A DNA stretch of 64,000 nucleotides, taken from Podarcis gaigeae (taxonomy: Eukaryota). A model generated the notes under the pieces. It saw nothing but the letters and a program-made list of their open reading frames with translations, was not told the origin of the DNA and ran no database searches. Of the stretch, positions 52,610 through 64,000 are shown in pieces. Each line of letters begins with the position of its first letter. Within the stretch, counting starts at the first letter, position 1. Location: the NCBI GenBank assembly GCA_964106915.2, contig OZ066914.1. One strand, 5' to 3'. Position numbers and translations under genes: made by a program.

Positions 52610-53056
52610 GGAGCCTTGTTGGCATCTGTCTGTCTCGAGAGACAGTGGAGTGTGTCTCTGGGGGTGAAGTCAAACCATTATGTTAGCAGCACCAAAGCGA
52701 CCTCCCCAGGGCACAAGCCTGGGCAGTGTGTACTGAGGTTCTGGGTTGCCCAAACAAGGCCCCACTCTCAACCTTGCTGATGTGGTCCAAAGGAAAGTAG
52801 AGAAATGTATCTGGCATCAGCTTGGCTGCAGGAGTTGCTGGAAGGAGGCCTCTCTGATTCAGTTGTGGAACAAAAACAAACTTCAATGGATTTTGAGGCA
52901 GAGCTGGATGCTGTTATGAAGTTTAACATTTGTATATGGACAACTAAAACGTTAGTTGAGCCTGCATTGGGCTGGCTGAATAGCACTGCAATATCTTAGG
53001 GGCAAGCGTACCTTACAACTACCTCTGCTGAGGTCTGAAGCCATCTGAGTTGACTT
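52610..53056 (+). mobile_element. Probable RTE-derived non-autonomous element
   Basis: GGGGTGAAGTCAAACC..CAAGCCTGGGCAGTGTGT..GTGGTCCAAAGGAAAG..GGCTGCAGGAGTTGC resembles an RTE 5' UTR, ending GAAGCCATCTGAGTTGACTT; family assignment from recall only. Confidence 0.5.
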
Positions 53057-54220
53057 TGGGGCATTCAAAACTACAATAAAAAAGCAAGATAGGGGAACTG
53101 TGTCCCAATAGCAATTCCATTGGTACAATACTGGGAATGTTTTCTTGCTTAAGTGTTTTCTTTCTCTGTTGATTTGTACCATGTTTTAAAATAATTTCTA
53201 TGACCTTTCCTAGCTGGGATCTTTCCTTCCCATCAAATTTTCATGTGGAAACTTTATCTAGTGAGTTCATCCTGACTGAGTTATTACCTGAATGAAGGTA
53301 CATTGGGTTCCTGAAGTACGCCTCAAACAAATAGTTCTCTCAGTGCAACAAGCCCTTGTATATCTTAGTCCTTATACATATTTCTCTTCTGAAACCAAAG
53401 TTTTCTTAGTGGATTTCCTATATGATCGCCCACCTCTTACATTAGAGATCTGCTTGATGCTCACTAGCCGACCACTGGTTCTAGCCCCAGCAACAACAGG
53501 CCCAGTACCAGCACAGATGGTTCAGTGGTTACTAGTCATAAAAGACACCAAAGAGTATCCAAAATCACTTTTCTTTGGTGAGTCTAAAAGTGGTTTCATA
53601 GACATTTCTAGACGAAGCATGAAAAGAGCTCATGAGCCTACTAAAACAGCCAACAACAGCCAACATTCACATTAACACAAGAGTTTAAAAAGCCGATTTT
53701 TAGAATAGTACACAACCATAAAAAGAAATGTATCTATTATTAGCATTCGGTGTCAACTACCCGAGTGGATTTATTCCATAGGAACTTCTGACGGGTGGAA
53801 AATCATTGCTGGGGTGAGGGGGTGGGGGTGGAATCTTCCTATTGAAATGTGTTCATTCGTGATTAAAATCGGGCACTTAAATGCATTCATTTCATGTACA
53901 TCTGGATAATTCCTCCAGCTGTCAGCAGACAAGATGAGAATGTTAAATTGCTATCAAGGAAAGGGGCTGAGGAAGGAAAGACTGTCTTTTAAGAATCCAC
54001 GGGGACTCCATTATCACGGCCGGCCCTGCCCTTCAACAGGGCAAAACCATCTGACTTAGGCAGCATCATGTAGGAAGGAAGACCAGTGTCTGAATAAGGC
54101 TTAAGAGTGTGGGGTCCGGCTGGGTGGTGAGACATTTGGAATTAAAATGTATTGGACTGACACTTATCATCTACAGCCATACAAGCTGTATTCACAGATG
54201 CTGACCAGCCTTGGCTAAAC

Positions 54221-54546
54221 GGTAAAGGTAAAGGGACCCCTGACTGTTAGGTCCAGTCACGGCCGACTCTGGGGCTGCGGCGCTCATCTTGCTTTATTGG
54301 CCGAGAGAGACGGCGTGCAGCTTCTGGGTCATGTGGCCAGCATGACTAAGCCGCTTCTGGCGAACCAGAGCAGCGCACAGAAAAGCCGTTTACCTTCCCG
54401 CCGGAGCGGTACCTATTTATCTACTTGCACTTTGACGTGCTTTCGAACTGCTAGGTGGGCAGGAGCAGGGACCGAGCAACGGGAGCTCAACCCGTCGCGG
54501 GGATTCGAATCGCTGACCTTCTGGTCGGCAAGTCCTAGGCTCTGTG
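54221..54546 (-). mobile_element. Sauria SINE (near full length)
   Basis: (ACCTTT)n tail, BovB-like 3' stem AGAGTCGGCCGTGACTGGAC, B box GTTCGAATCC-like. Confidence 0.92.
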
Positions 54547-55341
54547 CTAGTCAGCCCAATATTTGGAGTTGCCAGGCTCCCCAACTCTCCCCAGCAGTCA
54601 TATATGACACGTGCAGAAGCTAAGCTGGGCAATGCTCAGGAGATACCAGCTATCCTGCTCTTATCCTTCCCATCTTTCAGTCCTCTGGAAACAAAGTTAC
54701 TCCCTCACCTCATGCTGTGTTGAGACACACTTAGGTGCCTCTTGTCACCTCTGAGTGCCTGCCCCTCTAAGGGGAACAACCATGGGACTCAGGAAGGAAA
54801 CTGCCATTCTCTCACCCCATGGCTTGGAGGCATTCAGCATCTCTCTTGGTACTTTCCGGTCCACAGCCTTTACATCACTGTTAAGAGGCCATCGAAAAAC
54901 ATGAAGGTAATATTCAGCATTACCTTTTTATTCCAGTTATAGCCGTTTCTGCAGTTCCTTCGCTTCACGCTGGAAAATATCACCAAACACAGTCAAGCTG
55001 TGCTGTTCAAGTACATACACACACTGCTATCCTTTTTATCTCTCAGTCTTTTCACCGTCACATGGTTATGATTACACAGACCATGTTACAGCCGTTTCAG
55101 ATAACGGCATTCTCTTCTGGGCCAGCACTGCTTCAAAGCACTTATTCTTTCACCTTTGCTGTTTCAGCCATCTGAACTTTTATTTCTATGAGCAACATGA
55201 AAGAACTTCAAAAATAGCAACTTCGATAAGGCAGTACCTAAGATGACCTGTGCTAAATGTGCTGGAAAATTTCCCCTCTCTATCCTGTCTCCTATAGGTA
55301 CCAATGCAAGCTTTCATCAAAAATGATGCCTTCTATAATGC

Positions 55342-55668
55342 TAAAGGTAAAAGTAAAGGGACCCCTGAGCGTTAGGTCCAGTCGTGGCCGACTCTGGGGT
55401 TACGGTTGCTTTATTGGCCGAGGGAGCCGGCGTACAGCTTCTGGGTCATGTGGCCAGCATGACTAAGCCGCTTCTGAAACACTGTTTACCTTCCCGCCGG
55501 AGTGGTACCTATTTATCTACTTGCACTTTGACGTGCTTTCAAACTGCTAGCTTGGTAGGAGCAGGGACCAAGCAACGGAAACTCACCCCACTGCGAGGAT
55601 TCAAACCGCCGGCCTTCTGATCGGCAAGCCCTAGGCTCAGTGGTTTAGACCACAGTGCCACCTGCGTC
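55342..55668 (-). mobile_element. Sauria SINE with internal deletions
   Basis: Aligns end-to-end with 54221-54546 and retains the 5' head GACGCAGGTGGCACTGTGG. Confidence 0.92.
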
Positions 55669-58227
55669 AATATCACTAATGCTACAATATCACTAAATAG
55701 TACAGTAAATACTCTTGACACTGGCGACGTCGCAGCAGAGGTGTGGCGCACAAATGTAAGGTTTTATTTCAGAGAGCAGTCGTGCTCCAAAAGGTCATTG
55801 AGATTCTTATCAATCAAACAGCACCACTGCTCAGCCAAATAAGCTGACTAAACTGCTAGGATTCCTGTAACTTTCAGGAAATAGACTGTTCCAGAAAGCT
55901 GCCTATTGCTCAGTCCCATGGAATGTTCCCTTCCACTTCTTATCTACAAGTGGGGTAATATCCTTTCAGAGGTGCCCTAACGGTGGAAAATCAAGGTATA
56001 CATAATATGTTTAATCTTCATAAAGTAGCTTTCAGTCTGTGAAATGTATTTTTAATAATTGCATATCCTCACCACCACCCCACAAAAAAAAACCTTCCAC
56101 ATCCTTCTCGAAAATCCATAAGGGGCATCAAATGTTTCCAAAAATTTTACATCCCTAGTGTCTTCAGAACATTAAAAAACACATTGCAACAAGGACAACC
56201 CTTTGACCCTTCCAGGTAAGTGTGCATAGAGCAGAAGTCTCTGACTACAAACCTATGTACACTTACCTGGAAGGAAGTTCCACAGAGCACAAAAGAACTT
56301 ACGGTACTTACTTTTAAAAAAAATTAAATCTCAGGCTTTGGACTATTGCCTGACTATATGCATTTGCTTTTGAGACTAAATTATTTTTGTTCAGTGACGC
56401 CTGTAATTCAAAGTTCAGGGCTGTTGTTTTGCAACAAGAGACTATGCACAGGTTTTTGCTCTGGCTCAGATACAGTAAGCAGTTTGTTCAGTTCCAGTGT
56501 CCATTGCTGCGGAATGCACAAATAGCGGGGAACATAATGTTGACTTCTGGATTTCAAGTTGAGTTTCTCTGTTACAAGAAATGTCTTTAAAATTGACTGC
56601 ATTTAATAGGGAAATCGCGGAGAAACAATAAACATGGGGCCATCTTTATAGAGCCACTCTTCAGACAGAATGGCACTTTAACGAGTCGCTAAATTTCTGG
56701 AAAAAAGATATATACATAATTAAACAGATATATTTAGAAAGAACTTTGCATTTTCCCCATTAAAAGAAACTACTTTCCAGGCCATTTTCTGTCAAAATTA
56801 AAACAGACGGAGCACTAACAATTTGGAGCCAAATGCTGCGAAAACCTAAAAGCCTAAAGCCATTTCTTATTGCCTTTCAGTCAAAGTCAAAGGCCTTTTG
56901 CATTTATTATGGGATCAGTCTCTTGCCAGTCACAGCCTCTTTGCAGGTATGCTTAGCCTCCAAGGCGCCAAGTATAAAGTGATTTGTGCCTGTTATGCTA
57001 ATTGCCTACAATTGACCAATGAATGGGTTTGATTCTTGCCAGTAGGCAGCTAAAGGAAAGCAAGTGCAGAGCGGCTTAGGGGGGAACAGCCAGCTGTCTC
57101 GCCTCTTGCTTTGGCAGGCAATTGGATCCTCTGATATGGCTGATTGTATGCACCAGACGTTGCCAACCTTTATTTGTCCATGGCCACATTTGCAAACCAG
57201 AGAGAGCGTTGTGGGCAACCAGGCACACATCAAAAACATGCGTACATGCATGGGGGGAACTCACAGCTGGGGATGGAATAGTCAACTCTTACCACCCCAG
57301 TGGGACCCCCATAATCACTTCTCCCCTGTTGCTACAAGACATCGCATACCCTATAGGCTACACTAGATGGCACCTGGCATCTTCTAAACCTTTTTTGGGG
57401 GGGTGAGGGGGCGGCATGCAAGCACCAGGGAAGTGGGCACATATCTGCCCACAAGTGCCATGCGGTGACCTAAGTTGTGAACAAACTCTGCTGGGAAAAT
57501 TATTCTACTAATTTATTTCATATAGCACCATAGGAGCCAACTCCTAAGGGCTGAGGTCCCTTCAGTTCCCGCCCCCCTCAATAAAATATTTGGCTGCCAC
57601 TGCTGGCTGTCCTGCTGATGGCGGCTGGATGCACCCTCCATCCCCATCCCATCCCACTCAAACCAAGCGGTGGAGGTGACTCCACTTTCTAACCTTCCCC
57701 CTTCTCAAATGCCTGATCTCCACCCACCCCACCCACCAGATCTACGTGACTGCTCCTTCCCTCATCCCAACACCTGATCTCAATTTTCAGACATTGTGAT
57801 ATAACGGAATATCATGATGTCTAGCTGCTGATATATCACAATGTTGAAAACCAGATATCGCTCAGCCCTAGTCTGGTTTTTTTTTAGTATACCTAAAATC
57901 CTTTACTTATTAGGGGCTACCCCACATTTTGTTCAAAAAAATTTTCAAAACTAGGGGGTCCATGGCTAACTGGGAACCACTGGTCTAGATTATCCGTGTC
58001 ATCCAAGAATGCCTGCAGATGCCCGGCCAAACTTAGGACAGAAGTGATGTTACTGGGAGGAGGTGAGGAGTCCAGCCACCACCAGTCTGAAGTTGTCTAC
58101 AAATTACTTTCAGGAGCAACAACAGCCACTTCTGTCTTAGTTCTAAGACAGCACAATCCTGCAGGCATAGCATTCAGATAATGGAAAGACTTACTGAAGC
58201 TGCGGCGAGAGGGGATGGGGGCAAATA

Positions 58228-58466
58228 CAATGGTACCTTGGTTTACAAACTTAATCCGTTACGGAAGTCCATTCTGAAACCAAAACCATTCTTAAACTGA
58301 GGCGCATTCACTAACGAGGCCTCCCACCGCTGGTGTCCTTCCACCATTCGGATTCCGTTCTTAGACTGAGGTAAAGTTCTCAAACCGGGACACTATTTCT
58401 GGTTTTGCAGAGTTTGTAACCCAAATTGTTCTTAAACCGGACTGTTCTTAAACCGAGGTACCACTG
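58228..58466. mobile_element. Tc1/mariner MITE, related subfamily
   Basis: TIRs CAATGGTACCTTGGTTTACAAAC / GTTCTTAAACCGAGGTACCACTG with TA flanks. Confidence 0.88.
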
Positions 58467-60312
58467 TACACTCCAAATGCCAGGAGCTAGTATTTTCAGT
58501 TACTGATACACACAATGCTCTAGAGACATAAAAAAAATTGCAGCCAGTTAAAGAAAGAATAGGGCAAAACAAAGCTGCTTCGGAACGCAACAACCCAGCA
58601 GGATTCACATGCGCACACACTAATGATTTTAATACTTACGATTAGTGTGTACATTTGTGAATGTTTTCTCCCTTCCAGAAATGTCACAGCAGACCCCTCA
58701 AAGCCAGACTGGCTTCTCTACCAAGTTTGGTTCTCAGACTGAACAACCTAAATATTCTGTCACACACGGACATGTCCTGTGCACAAAGCCAGCTGCATAA
58801 CCGTTTTGTATTGCACTGCGATTTCAAAATTAAATGCTTGCTAATTAGTTCCTTTCTATACATTTGGTAATCTTATTAAGGCAGTTCATTAGGTGTCTCA
58901 GCAATTTGAAAATTACTAGGTGACAGAGCATGTTTTCCTTTTGTGAATACTAATTATTAGAAAATAGGGCAGTTATTCAAGGATTTCTTTTCATCGTCCC
59001 ATCCCATCCCCCCTGGCTTTAGTTGTAGCTGCATCTTCTTGTTTGAAGAGCTGTTCATTTAGACACTCTTTCTTAACATCTTCAAAAATAAATTGCTAAA
59101 AATATCATGAAAAAAATCACAACTGCTACCTGTTATAATACTGGCTTTAATTATTACACTATCCTTTCTGGTGGGTTTTATTAAGCAGGTGAGGGAATAT
59201 AATTAACTATATTTTATCCCCCTACAGACCCATGTGTGTGGGTTAACAGACAAAAGGATCAGCTTACCGCATATGTTTAAAAGTGTGGGGTTCAGCAGAG
59301 TTCAAATCCCATCTTATGCAGTATAATTGAAAATATAGGAATTAGCCATTAGGCTGATGTCACCTTTTGTTATTTCATTCTCCCCCCCCAAAAAAAAAAA
59401 CCCCAACAACAAAAAACTACCAAAGCTACAAACTGAAAAGTAAACCTCAGACCCAGGGGTCTAATCCAGTCTTCCTGGGCTCTTCCTCCATCCCTCAGGA
59501 CTTTGCACAGGCCATGTCCTCTTAGGCCACACCCCTCACTGGTCTTGTCTGCCTGGTTGGGGTGTGGCATGTGTTTGGCCATGCCCACTTATGCACCACT
59601 GAAATGTGCCTCCCCTGGAAACCTGCCCAAGATGAAATATGACCCACAGTCTAGAAAGTTCCCGCACTTTGATTTATATGGAAATACCAGGATCATGTAA
59701 CCTTATGCATGCACACCTGAGCTATGCCCCTCTTCGATATAAAAGCACATTTGCCATCTCTCTTTAAAAGAAAAAGAAAAGAAAAAATAGGTGTGAAACA
59801 AAACTATTGTGTTCAGTCCCAGCCAAAATGCTAGGAAGAAAGGCATGGTCCTCATATAATGCAAGATTCCTGGAAGAGCTCAGGCAGCAAAGCAAGACCA
59901 TCATTTAGGTTAACAGGTGCTGATTTTATTAGCTAATGAATTACAATCTATCATCATGAAAATCTGATGCAAGCAGTATCCCCGGGGAGTTGGAAAAGAA
60001 AGTTAACACCACGCTTTAAAGAAGCAAAGCAACTTAAAAGTACTGTATCAGGCAGTTCTTTGGCATTCACAGGTTGGCTCTGGAACCCCCAATCACATTG
60101 CTTAGAAGTGGATTCCAACAGATTTCAAATGAAATTTACTTACAAGTGAGCTACCTTCAACCTGCCTTGGTTCTCCGTATTTGCACAATATAAATTAAGG
60201 CAGATGTACTTTCTATAGATAGACAAGGCTGTTGTGATGCTGGGTATCTGAGGGCTGTCTATAGCTTTCAGCTCAAAAACTGACTGAAAAAAAGTACTTC
60301 AGCTAGGACCTA

Positions 60313-60417
60313 TAGCATGGGTAGGCAAACTAAGGCCGGGGGCTGGATCTGGCCCAATCATCTTCTAAATCCGACCCGCAGACGGTCCGGGAATCAGCAT
60401 GTTTTTACATGAGTAGA
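60313..60417. mobile_element. hAT/Charlie-like terminal fragment
   Basis: GGGTAGGCAAACTAAGGCC..GGGGCTGGATCTGGCCC is a typical Charlie-type end. Confidence 0.55.
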
Positions 60418-62467
60418 TCCCAATACACCTGGGGATCTATTTACAGCACAAGGACCCAAGCTTCTACCTCATGGTATTATGATAGAGAATTTTAAAGCTT
60501 CCAGGCAACTTAGTGGGATTTCCAGACAGATCAGAGTCCTGATAAGTAGCCCTTGAATGTGAGGCTGCAGCACAGCAAAGCTAACACTGTTATGTACAAG
60601 TACTTTTTTCCACTACAGCTGCATCCCATTGGCTGTTCTAGAATAATCAATAGATACACACACAGAGTGAGGGAAGCTAATTGATCTAAACCTTAATTGA
60701 AAAGCTAAACTAAATTAACAGCCAAGTAAGTTTGCTACAGAAGACACCACTCAGACTTCTGAGTTTCCTGGCAAAGTACAGCCCTTGCATTAGGTTTTAA
60801 CATTTATATCCTGCCTGTTTTACTCTGGGCATACACAGGAAGCCCATGCAAGGAATCAAGTAGGATCCTCATTTAATCAAAGTAGTGTGAGAGGTTAATA
60901 AGTTTGGCAACAGAATACTGCATAGGCATATGGAGACCAAGAGGCCAGATATCATTTGTAGCAGACTAAAGCTGCATTCACATGGCAGTTTACTCCACCT
61001 TCCTAATGTTTCCATACCTGTTAATTTCTTCATTTTATCTGATCTTTCACATGACGGGAAAGCATGTAAGTTGTATGCATATGAGAGTATGCTAATCACT
61101 CAGGAGATTATTTCTTTCACAGACTTAATGGAGATACTAAGACTCATATTCTGGAAGTCTAGCAGAATATAGTAGAAGTTTAGCACTCATTTCCATGGTA
61201 TTTCCCTCCGGAAAACATCTGTTTTCAGACCCCCCTAACCTGGAAAATCACATGAGTTTTGTGCTGTAATTTCCCACCACCATCATGGCTCACATGATGT
61301 GATGAAACTGGGGGACTGCTCCAGCATATAGTCCTTTCCTGACGTTTTCATGGGTGAATCATGGGGGAATGGAAGAATGAGGGTGTAGAAAGGGTCCCCA
61401 CAGCATGTCTGTGGGCACCTGCTGTTCTGTCACACACCATGTGAATGAAATTTAGCACGACATGGCGGTATACTGGTTTTTTTTTTTAAAAGTTTCATGA
61501 CGCAACAGGTACTGCAGTGTGAAAAGAATGTTAGGAAATGGGTCAGGAATGCTAGAATTATAATCAAGAAAACTACCTATGAGGACAGAAAACCTCAGAA
61601 AACTGAAGCAGAGAAGCAGCTCTAAACAATGGTTTGCCAATGTAAATAGGAGGTTAAAACCATAGATTGGATTCTAAACTACAGCTAGCTCAAACCGCGG
61701 TTTAGTGTGTTGCCTGAAGTGAGCCTTCCTAATGTTCACCTGCCCCAACAGATTTTAAGGAACGTGCTGATGCTTTGTCGAAGCTTTGAAATGAACTCTG
61801 AACGCTGCTTGGCGGCGGCTCCTTCCTCTTAACCGCCCCGCCCCAAGCCAGCTTAGAACATGACGAGAACTTCTTAACAGCTTGGCATACCTCTAATTTA
61901 ACAACAGTCTCCAACTGTGTTCAAATAAACTGAGTGGCTTGAAGAACTATCCAATCATTAGCAAAATATTATCCCAGTCTTCCCCATGCCATTTTGAAGC
62001 AGGAATACAAACAGTACCTAGAATCTTGGAACATGAATAGATATTGCAGCTCTGAAGCAGGCCGCCCACTTTCACAGTAGGAATGGTTTGAATAGCACAC
62101 ACTTTGTAATCCTTTACTAAAGGAACCTGGTGGGCAGCCAAGTCCTGTTTGTTACACAGAGGACTTCAGCAGTGAAGGGTTATATTTAGGCAGGAATGAC
62201 TTGAGTGTGATTTTTTATTTTGGTCTGTACTGCGGTTGCCCATCTATCACAGGGTCTTGCTGAAGTCCTCACCAAAGTGCGGTAGCCAAAAAAGCAGCTA
62301 CAGACGTATTCCTTCACTCAGGTTATGTCTTCATAGTAACTTTAGGAAAATAGGGCTCAGTTACAGCTTATGATGCTCTGACGTCATAGCCACAATGGAC
62401 AGGGATCAAGACAAATGTTGTCTACTTATGCTTTTGGAATGTCTAAATGTCTTGTATATCTTACAAG

Positions 62468-62647
62468 GCGCCAGGCGAAAACATTCCTCTTTAACCAGGC
62501 CTTTGGCTGATTGACATCTAATGCACTTTAAAAATGCGTTGTGAAATGGGGGGTTATTGGGTTGTCTTTGTTTTTATTTTTTATTGTAATTTTATGTTGT
62601 AAACCTCCCTGAGATATACAGTATACAAATTAACTAAAATAATAAAA
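62468..62647 (+). mobile_element. LINE2 3' end
   Basis: RRQAKTFLFNQAFG* followed by a T-rich UTR, TGTAAACC and an AATAA tail. Confidence 0.75.
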
Positions 62648-64000
62648 TACACTCAATATGCCAGCAAGTCTGGAAAACTCAGCAGTGGCCAGAGGATTGG
62701 AGAATATCAGTCTACATCCCAATCCCAAAGAAGGGCAGTGCCAAAGAATGCTCCAACTACCACACAATTGCACTCATTTCACACACTAGCAAGGTTATGC
62801 TTAAAATTCTACAAGGAAGGCTCAAGCAGTATGTGGACCGAACTCCCAGAAGTGCAAGCTGGATTTCGAAGGGGCAGAGGAACCAGAGACCAAATTGCAA
62901 ACATGCGCTGGATTATGGAGAAAGCTAGAGAGTTCCAGAAAGACATCTACTTCTGCTTCATTGACCATGCAAAAGCCTTTGACTGTGTCGATCACAGCAA
63001 ACTATGGCAAGTTCTTGAAGAAATGGGAGTGCCTGATCACCTCATCTGTCTCCTGAGAAATATCTATGTGGGACAATAAGCTACAGTTAGAACTGGATAT
63101 GGAACAACTGATTGGTTCAAAATTGGGAAAGGAGTACAACAAGGCTGTATATTGTCTCCCTGCTTATTTAACTTATATGCAGAATTCATCATGCGAAAGG
63201 CTGGGCTGCATGAATCCCAAGCCGGAATTAAGATTGCCAGAAGAAATATCAACAACCTCAGATATGCAGATGACACAACCTTGATGGCAGAAAGTGAGGA
63301 GGAATTAAAGAACCTTTTAATGAGGGTGAAAGAGGAGAGCGCAAAATATGGTCTGAAGCTCAACATCAAAAAAACGAAGATCATGGCCGAAATGGAGGCA
63401 GTGAGAGATTTTACTTTCTTGGGCTCCATAATCACTGCAGATGGTGACAGCAGCCATGAAATTAAAAGACTTCTTGGAAGAAAAGCAATGACAAACATAG
63501 ACAGCATCTTAAAAAGTAGAGACATCACCTTGCCAACAAAGGTACATATAGTAAAAGCTATGGCTTTCCCAGTAGTGATGTATGGAAGTGAAAGCTGGAC
63601 CATAAAGAAGGCTGATCGCCGAAGAATTGATGCTTTTGAATTCTGGTGCTGGAGGAGACTCTTGAGAGTCCCATGGACTGCAAGAATATCAGACCTATCC
63701 ATTCTTAAGGAAATCAGCCCTGAGTGCTCACTGGAAGGACAGATCCTGAAGCTGAGGCTCCAATACTTTGGCCACCTCATGAGAAGAGAAGACTCCCTGG
63801 AAAAGACCCTGATGTTGGGAAAGATGGAGGGCACAGGGAGAAGGGGACGACAGAGGATGAGATGGTTGAATAGTGTTCTCGAAGCTACCAGCATGAGTTT
63901 GACCAAACTGCGGGAGGCAGTAGAAGACAGAAGAGCCTGGCGTGCTCTGGTCCATGGGGTCACGAAGAGTCGGACACGACTAAACGACTAAACAACAAAA
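62648..64000 (+). mobile_element. BovB (RTE) LINE, 5'-truncated and inactivated
   Basis: RT motifs QAGFRRGRGTRDQI, FIDHAKAFDCVDH, QGCILSP, LRYADD; premature TAA at 63077-63079, frameshift ~62840, in-frame deletion at ~63388; GACTAAAC/CAA tail at the window end. Confidence 0.97.

Noticed and set aside
63064-63963. 299-aa minus-strand ORF (and 169 aa at 9782-10291)
   Set aside because: Antisense shadow of the BovB RT frame.

Overview
Vertebrate genomic DNA, almost certainly a squamate and most likely a lacertid lizard, judged from Sauria SINEs, Squam3-like SINEs, BovB LINEs and lizard-type Tc1/mariner and hAT MITEs. Two genes lie on the minus strand in the conserved ARL5A-CACNB4 arrangement. 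The first is ARL5A exon 1 with its CpG-island promoter (~1.5-2.6 kb). The second is CACNB4 (voltage-gated Ca2+ channel beta-4) exons 3-14 (45974 to 19322), all with GT/AG boundaries and the expected exon sizes; its 5' exons lie beyond the window. Most other listed ORFs are noise or repeat-derived. Main observations not explained by the gene models: (1) a heavily decayed, apparently LTR-less gamma-type retroviral env fossil at ~6.3-9.1 kb on the + strand, with ISD-like + CX6CC motif, KRKR/E site and post-TM motif, facing away from the ARL5A CpG island; (2) a ~135-nt relic of the long 'PFFKK' HOOK exon known from CACNB1/CACNB2, inside CACNB4 intron 6 and flanked by RBFOX motifs; (3) an L1 insertion with 5' inversion (twin-priming geometry) and 13-bp TSD just upstream of exon 11; (4) two RFX X-box clusters in intron 9. 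All homology calls are by eye and from recall; no searches were run.
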